A DNA stretch of 64,000 bases from Lepidodermella squamata (taxonomy: Eukaryota > Animalia > Gastrotricha). The position numbers and the translations under genes were made by a program. The DNA is taken from positions 4,154,001-4,218,000 of the forward strand of contig JBLDXI010000009.1 in the NCBI GenBank assembly GCA_047495785.1. Reading direction: 5' to 3'. Below the pieces are notes generated by a model. That model searched no databases. It saw only the letters and a list, made by a program, of their open reading frames with translations, and was not told the origin of the DNA. Positions 35,219 through 49,800 of the stretch are shown here, one piece after another (positions within the stretch are counted from its first letter, which is position 1; each line of letters opens with the position of its first letter).

Positions 35219-37642
35219 TTACTTCCGCTTGCTTCGCTTCTTGTCCGATTTCTTCGGAGCCTTCTTCTTCTTCACTTCGGCCATACCGTACTCTGGAGTT
35301 CCCATGAACTCTTTAATAAAATCCAATCGCTTTGTGTCGATTACTGATTTGGTTCCTGAAGGCGTTGTGGCCATTGCAGTCGATGTGCCTATGCGAGACG
35401 AAGGGGTGGCAGATATTGCTCCGGAGAAAGCTGTGTTGCGATCGCCATCCCTGTTCATCCTGGCAACAAGCCAGTAAGTTGTCATCAATCCTTTGCCCTT
35501 GATTTTCATTTTGCCTCGCTCCTCAAGGCAAAACATTCCAGATCGCGATAGATACTCGTATGTAGTTTGGCTGACTTGAATTTTGTAGGCTGGACAGAAA
35601 AATCTTTCATACAAAGGATTAACATGGGCGTGAATAATTCTTACGTTCGCTAGTCGATTCCATTCGAGATGAGGTATTGACAGTATCGCCGAATAGGCAG
35701 TATCTCGGCATTTTGCATCCTACAACTCCGGCTACAACAGGGCCGGTGTGAATGCCGATTCGAAGTTTAAGCACTTCACCCGGCCGATGTGGAATTTTGA
35801 CGAATCGCACAGCTTCCATTAGGTCAAGAGCCATGGAAGCTATTTCACTGACGTGCTTCGTACCGTTTCGTATTGGCAGCCCAGAAACTACCATATAACT
35901 GTTTGGAAATACTAGAGGTGAGTAGATCAAGTAAGACAAATAGGCTTACGCGTCTCCAATAGTTTCCACCTTGTAAACATCGTATGACGTGATACGTGTG
36001 TCGAATGTGAAGTACAGGCTGTTCAGCATGTTGACAACTTCGAAAGGAGTACTTTCCGAGGAAAGAGTCGTAAATTCGACGACATCAGACTACATTTATT
36101 TCGTGGAAATTCAGGTAAACTCAATTTAGAGTTATTCAATCTTACGAAATAGCAGGTAACTTGTTCGAAGAATTCAGGCTGTACGGGTTTACCCAATTTG
36201 AGGCTATCGGCAACAGTCCTGGAGAAGTGGAGCGTAAGTCAAGCAAAAAAAGATGCGATGAAAAACTCACGGAGGTAGAATTTGGTGCAGAATTTGCTCG
36301 GTAACCGTCTTGTCGTGTCGTAGCCTCTCTCGAATTTTGAGTAGTCTACGGGCGAAACGTACAACCTGATGGACCGTCCTAACTTTCCAGGCCACATCAA
36401 CAGAGATAGCTACGATGGACAGCACCAGAATTACAATAGCTAACGCTGAAAAACGGGCAAAATATAAGCTGATGGGAAGGAAAATATAAGTTGGAACATA
36501 CATAAACTTTGGTCGCGGCCCGTAGCCATTTCTCGAGCTTCAGATCTAGCCTTTTCATTGAGGGCCGAATTAGTAGCGTCGATGTCTTCAGCCATGCGAA
36601 AACTGGCGGATAATGCTTGGTCGCAAATCGATTTGCTTTCCGTATCGTCAGTTTTGACTGTTGCGTTGGAGGAACAATCGCTAATTCGCCGAATAGCGTC
36701 GCCCATCCGTTGGCTAAGGGTCGTTTGATTGCCAAGTATCAGCGTTGATCCATTCGATGAGCTGTCATCTGCTATCGGTTGCTCTGCAACGTAAACGTCG
36801 CAATGCGAGCCTCTTCCCAGAGAATCGAAGAAAGCAAATAAACGATCAAAGCTTTCGCGATAATTCGCCTTTACAGTTGCGGTATCTTCGCAGTATTGAG
36901 GTATCATCGTATGGTTCGAAGTAAGGCTAGCAATATGAGCCTGAATGTAGAAAACTGCATCAAGAAGCATCGAACTGCTGAAGATGTGATATGCACATCG
37001 ACTTGTTGTTGCTACTGTATCGAGATGGTAATTGAACTCAAATTTCGCTTGCGAGAGTGATATTTCAAGAGACCGTGCAATTATCAGAGATTTGTTCCCG
37101 TCCAAAATTGTCCAGTCTCTATTTTTGTCATAAGTAACGTTGCTAAGCGCTAATCTCGACAACAGATTAGTGTCAATAGCGTTGTGGTTATCGAAACAGA
37201 GTTGACGGCGTAGTTTTTGGAGATCTGCGATGTGGTTGGCCAACTGGTAAACTTTCTCGCCATCGCCGTAGTTTTCGGAAGCTACGTTGCTCGTTCTAGC
37301 AACAGCTGCACATGCAAGGCCTAAGATGATAGCTAACGGAACCACGCTAACCACGATAGCTTGGAACAACAGACGCCTACGTCCATTTTCCGTCAGTGGA
37401 TCATCAGCGAAAATCGATTTATTCTGATGTCGTTCGACCAAATCGATGACAGAATCGTTATCAGCCAAATTATTGAGCATTTTCGAGAACTCAGAGCTGA
37501 TGATTGAAATTGTTGACGCTGGCCGTTCGTATGAGTTGCGCCGCTCAACACCGAGATGGTTGTCATCCACACTACCAGCGGCCGACATGGGAGGCGGAGA
37601 ACCACGAGGATGAACTGCATTGCCTGCCTTTGATTTTTTCAT
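35219..37642 (-). CDS. Membrane guanylate cyclase with two TM helices and no kinase-homology domain
   Basis: Cyclase motifs [60 protein letters not shown] (GTP-specific E/C residues); TM1 ([21 protein letters not shown]), ~270-aa helical loop, TM2 ([16 protein letters not shown]), coiled coil ILHQILPP. Confidence 0.9.
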
Positions 37643-38046
37643 TTCTTGTTAGTGCAAAACCGAAATGCGCAAAAATTAAGTGGCACTGAACAATTTAGGG
37701 CCTTGCATTCTCTACCTATGATCTAAATTTTTCGTTATCAATTACGAAAAAGAGAAATGAATGCCTGGAGGTGAAAATGCTATCGAAGATGAGATAGCGG
37801 CGCATGGCCTAATCTCTCTTTAACTTTGATGTGACAATTCTTGATCTGCATTGATTTTTCTCGCGAAGTCATATCACTGTGTCATTAGTTATGCGCTTCA
37901 GGCCGCTGGATTAACGAGCAATCATTGCCGCGTTGTAATTAACGCTGGCAAACTTCATGAGATTTCTCAGCACCGGCTAATCCTAATACCCAGGCACACT
38001 CACCTAAAATCACACTTACTTTTATTTTGTTTTCAGTTTTCAGCTT

Positions 38047-40287
38047 TCAGCCGATTAGGCTGATGCCTAAAATGGCTTTCCGCTCAGCAATAAGTTTAGG
38101 ATTCCGTAATAAAGTGTAGGCCAGATGCCATTTGAACAGTAATGGTCTTGCCTTTTGACGCAGCTCTATTCCTTTCTCTTTTTCAGATGTAACCATTCTT
38201 CTATTCTTGTTAATTCCATCGCTGATGATATTGGCGAAGGTGAGAAGACAGGGGTTCATATAGGCGTTTTCTGTAGCTAGCAAACCGAGATAAACTGTGT
38301 AACCATTATCGAATCGCTCAAGGCGGTGATTGAGCACAGGAAAGTCGATTCTCGCGAATAAAATGGTCGAACTGATCAAGGAGATGATTACGCGAAACAG
38401 GGATCCGAAAAATCCTACTAGTAGATTTTTGAAAAACGAAAAGTAGGCCATGTTTGAGTAGCCTCTTGGATTATCAACAGATATTAATTTCTCCTTTCGA
38501 ATTGTGAAGACTACGGCCACCAAAATCTTCTGTATAATCGGAAGGACGAGGGCGATGACAAGCGCCGGGCTGAAAAAGTTGAAAATTATTGTTTGATTAC
38601 CTAAAAAATCAAATTTTACGCGATTTGAATGAGCCAATTGATTAGCCAGTCTGCAAAACCGTACATAAGAGGGATAATAATGATCCACGATACAAGCAAC
38701 GGGATAACGATGAACAGTAGCAATTGCAGGATGCAGCCCCAGGCAAACATAACAGCCTGGTAGCCCATATAGTTTGCAGCACTACCAAGATGGCTAGTCA
38801 GAGATGCCGATCTCACTGCGTCGATGAAACGGTAATTTCCGCGATAGGCGGCTAAAAGGTCGCGGCGATAGCAAGGTAAAACGCTGGTGATAAGCATGAT
38901 CTGAAGTGCTGTCACGAAGAGTGACCCAGCAAGAACCGAATCTGGAAAAGAACAATAAAGTTGGAAAAAATGCTTTTCTCGTTCATGAATTACATCGGAA
39001 AGAGTCGAAATAAGATCCTACAATGAGGATTATTTTATCCGTATTGCTAACGCCCAGTTGCTCAGCCAAGCCATCAGTCGTGTTCTTGGCAGCTTCCCAT
39101 AGATCAGGCAATGTCAAAATTGTTACAATCAATATACCATTGATAAGCTGCAAAAAATTATATTAACTGAAACCGAAATTCTCAGATCTTTTTTACGTAA
39201 TAAACGAAAACCCCACTGACTGCAACTGTAGATAGAACACTTTGAGAGTATTTAAAGTCTGGAGAAGAACATCCATTTTTTAGAATTTAGAATTACCAAT
39301 TGTGAACTTACATGGGACATTCTTATAGGTAAAAAGGGAGAGAAATGGTCGCACCGCTGATCTAATTGGCTTGTTGCTCTCGGGCACAGGTCGTCGCTTT
39401 TTCAATAGTTCAGTCACGTAACGCCCAGCATTTTGTGACTTATAGTTCTTTACTTCTGACGCTTGCTCGAACTGATAAGTAAAGAATGATAATTAACCTA
39501 ATTCCATATCGGAACTTACTAATTTACACCCATTTCTCACGACCTTTGCCAGAGCTTGAGCGGCGCGATATGGCAGGTAAAACATTGAAATGACCATGAA
39601 AATCAGCGGGATAAAGTATTGAAAGACAGTGAGAACTTTGGTTTGATAATCCATCGTGCTTATCACATTTATGATTTCAATCATATTCATCACTTCCAAA
39701 CTCGCTAGAACCCACATCCAAACTGTGGCTAGCAAGTAACCGAGAAACGTATCTGCCCCGAATCCGCCGATTATCGGATAGTGAATGAACCCATACATGA
39801 AGACGTTGGCGAGTAGAATTAAAGGCTTCGGCCACGATTGTGTAGTGCATGTTGCTCGAAGTATGAGCTCATTGTTGTTTGTTATGAACTGAACGGTGCC
39901 AGATGCGACCATTGCCCAGAAAACTGCGTAGAACCATCGATGTTTGCAAGGTGAGATAATCTTTCAATGAATATATTGAGCACTGGGTTTGAAAAAAGTT
40001 CAATCACGTACCGGCATAGGCCTCGGAAGGCCTGGAGGAACTTTCTTGTTAGTTCGTCGCACTGTAATTGATAGCAATGCAATATAGAAAGGTGAAACAG
40101 CAACCATGACAGCATAAGGAATTTGACTATCGGGAATGTAATCCGAAAAGGTTCCGAGGCACCCCGAAGGCAAGGCTGGTTTCGGCTGCTCTTCAGAAGC
40201 TATAATATCTTGAACTATTTGAACTAAGGCTCTCAAAAGCTCTATCACAGTATCCTTCAGCGTCGCTTCTGTTGTCGACATTTTCAT
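38047..40287 (-). CDS. STRA6/RBPR2-like retinol-binding-protein receptor family, copy 1
   Basis: Multi-TM protein; NYMGYQ, NLLVGFFGSLFRVI..ARID, DNGY..YLG, NPC and C-terminal WHLAYTLLRNPKLIAERK match the STRA6 family (W.LAYTL..NP.L...RK). Confidence 0.85.
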
Positions 40288-40487
40288 ACAGTGGGATCGA
40301 GCAATTGAGTTGAGTTATGCGATAGTGAACTGGAGGAACTTGCGACACCTGTTACTGCCAGGTCAACTAATTAGATAAGGCTAATCGGGACGTGTTTTAT
40401 CAAAAAACCAAACAAAACCCCATTCACTATCAACAAGCTCAAAAAACCAGGTCTTTATTATTCATCATAATCTCAGCGTTTTACATA

Positions 40488-42862
40488 TCAGTCTTGGTTA
40501 GCCAAATTAGGCCGTAGTTTTGTTTTCCGCTCGCTTGCGAGCTTGGGATTTTTCAACAGAGTATAGGCGAGATGCCATCTGAATCGAACGATTTCCGATC
40601 TAAAATTGAACGCCATCGATTCAGTCGCATTTTCCCCCTCTTCTGCATCCATGAAATCTTCAGCTGTTACGATGTTTTCCGTGCTTCCGGTCCTCACAAC
40701 AGTATTCAGTGTAACGCTACGAACAGCTTTGTGATTTCGTGTCGTATTAACCCTATCAAGCACGATGTTAACAAATGTCACCAAACACGGATTCATATGG
40801 GCATTCTCAGCAGCGAGGAGCCCCAAGTAAACCACAAAGCCATTGTCGAAATTTTCAAACCGGTGATTCAGCATGGGCAGGTCGATCCTCGAGAACAAAA
40901 TTGTTGACATAAAAAGAGATACGATGACTCGAAATAATGATCCAAATAGGCCGACTAGCAAGTTTCGAAAGTAGGAAAAGTAAGCGAGATTTGAGAAACC
41001 TCGCGGGTTATTGACCGATATCCATCGCCCGTTGTTCTCCGTGAACACAAAAACGATCAATCCAACTTGAATAAGGAAGAACATGATCAGAGCGATCAAC
41101 GTTGGCCTGCAAATAGAGAGGAAAAATGAGGTATTTATATACTCGAAAAATAGTGACTGACGCTAAATATGCTAATGCACTCATTGGCCAAGTGATAAGA
41201 TTGTACATTAGGGGAATGACAATCAACCAAGAAATCAGAAGGGGCAAAACGATGAATAAGGCCAGTTGTAAAAGGCAGCCCCACGCGAACATTATAGATT
41301 GGTACCCCATGTAGTTGATAGCACCACTCAAGTGACTTGTTGGGGTAGCAGCCAGGACACCCTCAATGAAGCGATAGTTCCCTCGATATACGCTGAGAAG
41401 ATCACGGCGATAACTTGGTAAAACCGTAGATATGAGGATAATTTGAAGTATGGTAACGGAAAGCGTTCCAAGTAGAAGTGAGTCTAAAAGTAAAATCTTT
41501 GCATTAGGAGGATATCGAAATAAAAACTTACAGATGACCGAGTCGAATACTGAGCCCACAAGTTGGATCATTTCATCACTGCGGCTGACATTGTACTCTT
41601 TTGCCATTTCTGCAGTCATGTTTTCAACGCCGTTCAGGTAACCAGGGAGGGAAAGCAGCGTTGAGACGAGCACGGTATTCAAAATCTGTGAAATGTGGAA
41701 CAGAATATCTAAAGGAACATATTTTCCCGCATTAATACTGACGTAGTAAACGAAAACTCCGCTAATTGCGACTGTTGAAACTATGCTTTGAGAGTATTTA
41801 AAATCTATTTAAGACACGATTAAAATGTGTATACAAAACTCAGAGGCAAGTGCTTACTCGGATAATTCTCGTAAATTAAGCAGTGCTTAATGGATTCTAA
41901 TAATGATTCGATAGATGACTTCGGCTCCACTTTCTCAGCTTTTCGAGGCTTCAACAACGCTGTAACATATCGACCAGCCATTTGCCGCCTAAAATGCTTT
42001 GCCCGACTAGTTGGTTCAAACTAGATCCAAATAAATCAGAGCTCAGCTTCAACCTGAAAGTGTAACCTCAACTCACCAATTTACGCTTGCCTTGTAAAAC
42101 CTTCTGCAAGCTGAAGAAAGCTCGAATAGGTAGGTAAACAGCCAAAACAACCGTGAAGATTAGTGGCACGAAGTATTGAAAGGAAAAGCTGACTTGGGCG
42201 TAGCTATCCCAACCAGAAATCACTATAATGATTTCGTATGCCTCCATAGCTCTCAGCCCGGCTAAGGCTAACATCCAAATTGAAGCCAATAAGTTTGTAA
42301 AAAGAGTGTCTGAGGAGAATCCAGCAACAATTGGATAGTGCAAGAAGCCATACAGAAATACGTTTGCTAACATGATCAACGGCTTCTGCCAAATGCTATC
42401 GACGCAGTAACTTCGAACGATCAGATCATTTCGGTTAGTGAAGAATTGAGCTGTTCCGCTAGCAACCATAGCCCAGAAAACGGCATGAACCCACCTTTGG
42501 TTACAAGGGGTAATGATCTATGTCAGAAATTGTATGTTAGGAGCGCATTTGAAAGTGAAGTCTTTGCAAACCTGCATTGGTACAGGCAACCCTACAAATC
42601 CGTAGTCACCTTGGTTTCTAATTGCCAGCGCCATGAGCGCAATGTAAATCGGGGAAATAGCAACAAAAATTGCATATGGCATTTGCTGGGCGGAAATAAA
42701 GTCCGAAATTCCGCCAGTGCAGTTAAATATATTGGGCACTACGTCAGACGAATTTGCGGCTTCTTCTAGAGCTTCCGCGATCGCTCCGATCAATATCAAC
42801 ACAGCTTGGCCAACAGTAGGCACAGGGCATGGATCGTCAGAAGTTTCGTTAAAACTGTGCAT
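40488..42862 (-). CDS. STRA6-like, copy 2
   Basis: Same exon set and motifs (NYMGYQ, RWHLAYTLLKNPKLASERK); start taken at MHSFNETS. Confidence 0.85.
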
Positions 42863-43050
42863 TTTAGGTCTAAATTTCTCGAAAGAATAAAGAAAGCTCC
42901 ATTCGCTATCAAATTCCTTTTTCACAACTGATAGATAATGCTTCTGATATAGTATAGTATAGTGAAATAGTCTTAACGTATTTGTTTTCACGACCAACTC
43001 TTTTTTTTATGATAACAATGGGTAAATGGCTTTATTCAAACTGTAAACGC

Positions 43051-45662
43051 TTATATAAGACTGAGTCCAAGTGCAGCTTTTCTCTCAGCAATGAGCAGTG
43101 GATTTCGGATCAGCGTGTAAGCCAAATGCCATTTGAATCGCATTGCTGCCGTTTTATGGCGAGACTGAAATGAGAAATAAGAAGGATAAGCATATTATGG
43201 GGGCATTTGAATTAGTTACCTTGATATGCTTATCAGGATCCGGATATCGAGCCAAAGGGTTAAGTGCGATGCCTGCGATTACGAAAATCCCTCCGTCTTC
43301 ATCGGTTCTGCTCAATTTTCCCGAACTTTCATGGATCCCACTTTCATTATCTTCTTGATTTTCAGACTCTTTGTTCGGGTGGGCTTTCGGTAGATCTTCA
43401 CCATATGCCGAGTCATTTTCCTCATTTACGGCTCCAACTTGGTTCTTACGAACAGCCGCTTTGTCAATATACAACGAATTCGAGGATTCAACTGATCGCG
43501 ACGTGACCAATTTCCTGTATGAGCGCAGCCTCTCCACATTTTCGTTGACAATATTCGCGAAGGTTACGACGCATGGATTCAAATGGAATAACTCGACGGA
43601 AATTAACCCTTGGTAGATATTAAAACCGTTGTCAAATCGTTCAAAACGTCGATTCAACACAGGTAGATCGAGACGGGAGAAGAGTATTGTTGAGAGAATT
43701 ATTGAGATTGTTAAGCGAACTAAGGCTCCGACAAAGCCGACAAGCAGATTTTTGTAGAAGGCGAAAAACGCGAGATTCGAATAACCACGGCGATTGTCAA
43801 CTGCCATCGTACGTCCTCGGTTTTGGACAAAGAGAAATGATACTGCCAACTTCTGTAGGATTAAAAGCGCTAAAGTCGTTCCTACCGCCGGACTAGATCA
43901 TAGGATCCTAATTACAAATAATGAAGCTTGAGCAGAAGTAAAGACTTACGAAACATCTCTCAATTTCTCCAAAATCCAACCACCAAAACCGTGGACCAGA
44001 GGAACGACGATGATGCACGAGAAAAGGACTGTGATGACCGTAAATAGGATAAGCTGAGCGACGCATCCCCAAGAGAAGAGTATAGTTTGGTAACCCATAT
44101 AATTCACAGCACTTCCAAAATGAACTCGTGGTGCTGCAGCACTAGGTCGGGCAATATAGTCGTAGCGACCTCTAAAAGCTCCAAGCAGATCTTTCCGGTA
44201 ACTTTGCAGAACGGAAATTAGTAAAATGAATTGAAGGATGGCTACGAAAATCGCAGACGCGAGCATGGAATCTAAATTGAAAAAATTAAACTATAAATCT
44301 TCATAAGCAGAATGGCATTTACATCTGATCGAGGCAAAATAAGCCTCAAAGATTTTAATCGGCCGATCTGCTCTCGTCAAGTTCGTGCCGTTCGTCATTG
44401 TCGCTACCATCTCCTCTGCTGCAGCCTTCCCCAATGGCAGGAGATCAATGATTACGCGGAAGTAGCTGTACAGGATCTGAAATTGAAATGATAGATAGAA
44501 AATCAGAGAAATGCCAGATATTCGACTGACGTAGTACAAGAAGACGCCACTCGTAACCAAAGTCGAAAGTATCACTTGAGAATAGCGGAAATCTATGATA
44601 GTTTATTGAATGTGCAGTTACGGTGAGGAATTTCTTCCGACTCACTTGGGTAGTTTCGATAGATCACTGAGTTGAAAACGTCGTGTTTTTGGTACAACGC
44701 TCGAGGCCTCAACAAATTTTGCACGTAAAGGCTTTGGGGCATCAATTTAAAAGGCTGAGTTCTTTTGAATGGATCGAGCTATGGATAAATATTCAAAATT
44801 GACATTATTTGATGACTCGATAGACTTACAGGCTTCGTTCCGTTCTTAGCAAAGGCAATAATTCCATAAATGACTTGCAAAGGTAAGTAAACGCATAAAA
44901 ATAAGGTGAAGAATAAGGGCACAGCTTCGCTGAATATATCCGCCACTTTGCCACCAGCTTTTTCCTCAGAATTGCTCAAAATTTTGTATACATCCTTAGC
45001 TCTCAATCCAGCTAAAGTCCAGGTCCAAAGGGTAGAAACAACATATCCAAGCAAAGTTTCCGTAGAAAAGCCCCCAATGATTGGGTAATGCAGGAACGCA
45101 TAAAGGAACACGTTAGCAAGGAAAACGAGAGGCTTCTGCCAGAACTTGTAGAGGCAACCAGTATGAACCATCAACTCCTCTTTTCCATAAAAAAATTGCA
45201 GTGTTTCGTAAGCTACCATGCCCCAGAAAGCAGCATAAACCCAACGAGTTTTACACGGGTCGACAATCTAAAAACCAAGTCATTTTTCAAATATTTTATA
45301 TTATTCCAAAGGAATAAAAAGACCCTTACCGGAAAAGGGCTTATAATTCCTGGTCTTCTGTGAGGATCTTTGTGCTGCTTGACTGTCCAGGATAGGATGA
45401 AAATGAACAGAGGGGATATTGCGGTGAGAATGATGTGCGGAATATGTTCATTTGTTACATAGTCATTAATGGAACCGTTGCAAGTTATGGCCGAGGTGTT
45501 TTCGATTGCCGAAGAGTTGTCGTCAGTTTTGGGAGGGAATAACATGCTAAGAATGATGGGAAGGAACATCTGCATAATATTATTCTCGCCATTTGCGTCC
45601 GTTACTCCTCTGAGGTCTCCGATAAGGTCCAACGAAGACAAAACGTCTGATGAGTTATCCAT
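43051..45662 (-). CDS. STRA6-like, copy 3
   Basis: Same motifs; last exon reads MRFKWHLAYTLIRNPLLIAERKAALGLSLI*; carries an extended acidic cytoplasmic insert. Confidence 0.85.
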
Positions 45663-46830
45663 CTTTCTCTTGGTAAAAAAACGATATTTGGGAAATTCTA
45701 GGTCTGATGTTTACAGCGCATTCTGTGCAGCTATTGCGATACTCATATACTACAGATTGCTTTCGGTAAATATCGCCAGGATATGAATCATTATTTGACA
45801 CTCATGTTTGTTCAGATGGATTTCGCGAAATATATTGGCGTCACTCTTCATACATGCCAGATTGCAATGAATTCTTATCCGCAATAATCACAATGTATCC
45901 CGAAAATGATTTACCAGGTCATCTTTCTTTATAACTTTTTCGTGGCATCAAGCCAATGTGACGTTGTATTCCAGAAAGTTGCCGAGCTCAAAAATGAGCC
46001 CAAGAGATAGGGTAACCATAAAGTCATGATAAAGGCATGAAAAGTGTCTTTTTCACGTGGATATAGTTTATCTAATCTTCCACCGCATCTGACTCACCGC
46101 ATCGCCTATTTTCGCTCATCTTATCATTTGTTGCAGATAAAAATTAATCCATAAATGGGTGAATTACGTAAGGATGATGCAATTAAGCGTGTCGGAGTAA
46201 ACATTCGTAGGCGTTCGGAGGTTATATCTACAGCTGATCCTTTGTCATCAGACATTTTCCATTCATTGTTCCTCATTCAAAACACAATTTTACAACAAAT
46301 AAGCTTAACTACTCACGACTAAAATGGATCGAATGTATATTGATGTTCTGGTTAGTTTTCATTTTTCTTATTGAAAGTCTAATTAACGTCTCATTTTAAA
46401 TAGATGTACGCCGCCACAGCTGCGGAATCAAAAGCGGAAAACAGCTCCAAACAACTTCAAACGCGGCATTCTGGAGCACATCGGCCCAAAAATTCTGACT
46501 GGAAAAGGGCAGCAAGCCAAGGCAACATCAGAGAAAACGTTGAAATGAAAGAAATTCGGAGTAACAGTGGTAGCTAGGTATTTTATTTGATATTTGATAA
46601 ATGCTTAACACCCTGTGATCTTCTACCGGAACTCTGAAACAATTATCTGGTCAAACGTCTGCACAATAAAATTGTCATAAATTAAGTAAAGTCTGGGTTA
46701 CGAGAGGGCCGTTACTATTCATGTAAGATGTTAAACAGGGGAGATTCCAGATATAAATCTTTCTATGTATCAGAACTGCACGCAATTCAATGTCTCATGA
46801 TTTGACGGCCTAAACCGTGTCGATTCGTGT

Positions 46831-49800
46831 TTACTTGATTCGGAACTCAAGGGCTTGAAACGAGTACTGATTGCCGAAATACCAGTTGCTCGTCATGCCT
46901 CGCGCTAGGTATATCCCCCCGTTGGGAACGTTTCCGTACCAATACCTTCCGAACATATTCCTAGTAGCAAGAGCGATAAACAAGAATAACACGACATCGG
47001 TCATATTCTTACAAGTAATGGCAGGTCACTCCGTTGAACCAAATTGGGCCATTGTAAGTGTTGACACAGTTGCTACCATCGTTATCTATTGCTCGGAAGC
47101 CACCGCCAGTGAAAGAACCCACCGGATCTCCTTATTAAAAAAATCATTTTCATCAAATAGAAATGTAATCTCGCGCATCTAACCCCCGAATCCAGATGAG
47201 CTTGTGAAACCACTCGCTGAAAATGTGAAACTGGTCGGAGCTCCAATTGTGAACGATGTGTAGCGAGCATAACCTTTGTTGCCATCTTTTTCCCATGGCC
47301 AGAATATAATTACAAGCTCTTTGGGAGTAGAAGCAAGGCGGCGCAGGTTGTCGAGGCCAACGAAATATTCACCACTTGCATCGCCAAGGTAATTCCTCAT
47401 GTTAGCGAAGTTTGCTCTCACGAACAAATTTTCGTTGCTCCCATCGTCACGTCGGAGAACAACAGTATAACCGCCACCTCCACCTGCCAGATCGTCGCCT
47501 ACCATGTCACACCATACTTCGAATGGAGTGCCTCCATCAGGGTTGATAGCGTAGATGCCACTCTTTTTTTGTCCTTTAGCTAATGCGTCTGCGCAACTTG
47601 TATAATTCCGAGGTGCGCATTGACCAACCCACACATTTGACTGGCAAGTTGCTGAACAGCTCATGTAGGCCTTCGCACACCCCCCAACCATTTCACACGC
47701 CATTTGCTGGCTCGGAATGTAGTTAGGCATTGACCAAGCATCCAGGGTAATGTGCTGCATTCCAGCAGCACAAACTAGGGTAGTTCCCGAATCTCCGTAG
47801 CCCTTATCGAGCAGGGTGCAGAGTCTGTCACTGGCCCTGTAGTTGGCACTCTGGCAGTTGGCTGTGATCTTGCAAAAAGACGCGCAATGGCCTGGTCCAA
47901 ATGTGGCAGATGACGTAAGAGATGTAGCGCCATTCAGCTGGTAGTCTTTGGCCACTTTCATCAGGTCTCCCTTGTTAAGGCCACAGGTGTCTCCTGTGTA
48001 GGGTTCCGGGCAGTCACACCAGTTGTTCGACTTGCAAGTACCACCGTTTAAGCAAGGCGGGTTGCATATTGCTAAAAGAGAGGAGAGCTAGCTTTCGGTA
48101 ACAATTCGCTATACTACTCACCAGTATCACAAGCAGCTCCAGTGTAACCTGACGAGCAAACGCATTGGGAGCTCGCTGCATTGCATGTTCCATAGACACA
48201 TTTCGGATTACAGCCTGTATCTCGCGAGTAGAACTCAATCTCGGCAACTTCGACCTGGTCATATTTCAATCCAGCATAACCCGTAATTCCGAAAAAGACG
48301 GGTCCTGGAATTTGGTTGATGTCCAGGGCCAAATTGTCGAAGATTGTTTGACACACGGTTATTGTACACAGGTAGACCTGAAAAATAGTTGGCGTTATAA
48401 TGGACGTATACATTTCCGGCTTGTCGCTTTATACCGAGGTTAACTTGGCGCTATCGAATCGCAGGCCGATTTGCATTTTCGTTCGCAAATGGAACTCGCC
48501 TCTAATTCCGAAGTTAGCGACATTTCCATCACCCCAGAAGAGGGCATGCTGTGCAGGGCTGGTTGTCGAAGACAGGCTAATCCTGTTGTAAAGAGGCGAT
48601 ACCGTCAGCGTGATGCCAGCTCTTTTGGCGGTAATCCAATTCGCATGATTTCCTTAAATTGTCACAAGCATATATGGGCAATATAAAAAGCAAAACCATG
48701 AAACAGCAATTTACCCGCTGGTCTATCAATGGTGCTGTTACTGAGAATTTCGAAAACAAAACCGTCACCAATTGTTCCAGAGTTGCCGATGTTCATCGTA
48801 ACGTTGATATTGAAATTGGAAAGGCCACTAATAGGCTGAAAAATAATATCCCATTTGCGCTTTTCAGAGCTCACTTTCCTATTTCAAGGGACTTACCTGC
48901 GCGGTAAACATGGAACTTGTATGCGATGCTGCGTTCTTAACCAAACGGTAAAAGGAACCCTGAGGGTTTTGTATAACGTTGTAGATGTAGTACTTGTATT
49001 TCCCTAATGTACCCACAAAAACTATGAATAACAAGTTCTAGGAAAAGTGGCTCACCAACGTCATCCCCCACGCGGAACATGTACTGCGACAAAGCGGATG
49101 TTAACATTCCAGGACCAGCTATATTAACAGTTTCAGCATTTACCACAATTGAGGAAAAAGAACTAGCTAACCAGTTTTACAGTCGGCTCCTGTCCATCCA
49201 GGAAAGCACCAGCAGCTTCCTCCATTGCATATTCCATAAGGAGCTCCACAGTTTACTGTGCAGGTTTTCTCTGTTATTTGAGTTGAAAGAAATTGTGATA
49301 TAAGTAGAAAAATGATTTATGACTAACGCATGTCACAAGCAGCTCCCGTCCATGAAGGAATGCATGAGCACGTCGATGTAGCGGGGTCGCAAGTGCCGTA
49401 GACACAAGGCGGATCACAATTCGCCTCCTTTTTATACACATTGATATCATAAACATCAATCTGGTCATAAGCACCGCCATTGAAGTTGTGCATGCCGACC
49501 ACTAACGGCTGCGGTAAACTGCGAATATCCAAGCCGTTGAGGCCTGAAAATACGAGCTGACAGCCGGTTACGACGCAAAAGTAAACAGTGGTGAGTTGGT
49601 AATCTTCAAATTTGAGGCCGACGTGAAATTTTTGTCGAATCAATGACGCCGCCATTGGCGTGGTCATTTTTCCAGTCGCATCATAAATCTTCATGTCAGT
49701 TACGGTCGTTGAATACGAAATAATCGCCTTGGCTTGATAAGCATTGATGTTAACGGAAAGACCTGCTTTCTGCGCGTCTCTCCAAGGACAGGGGATTGCT

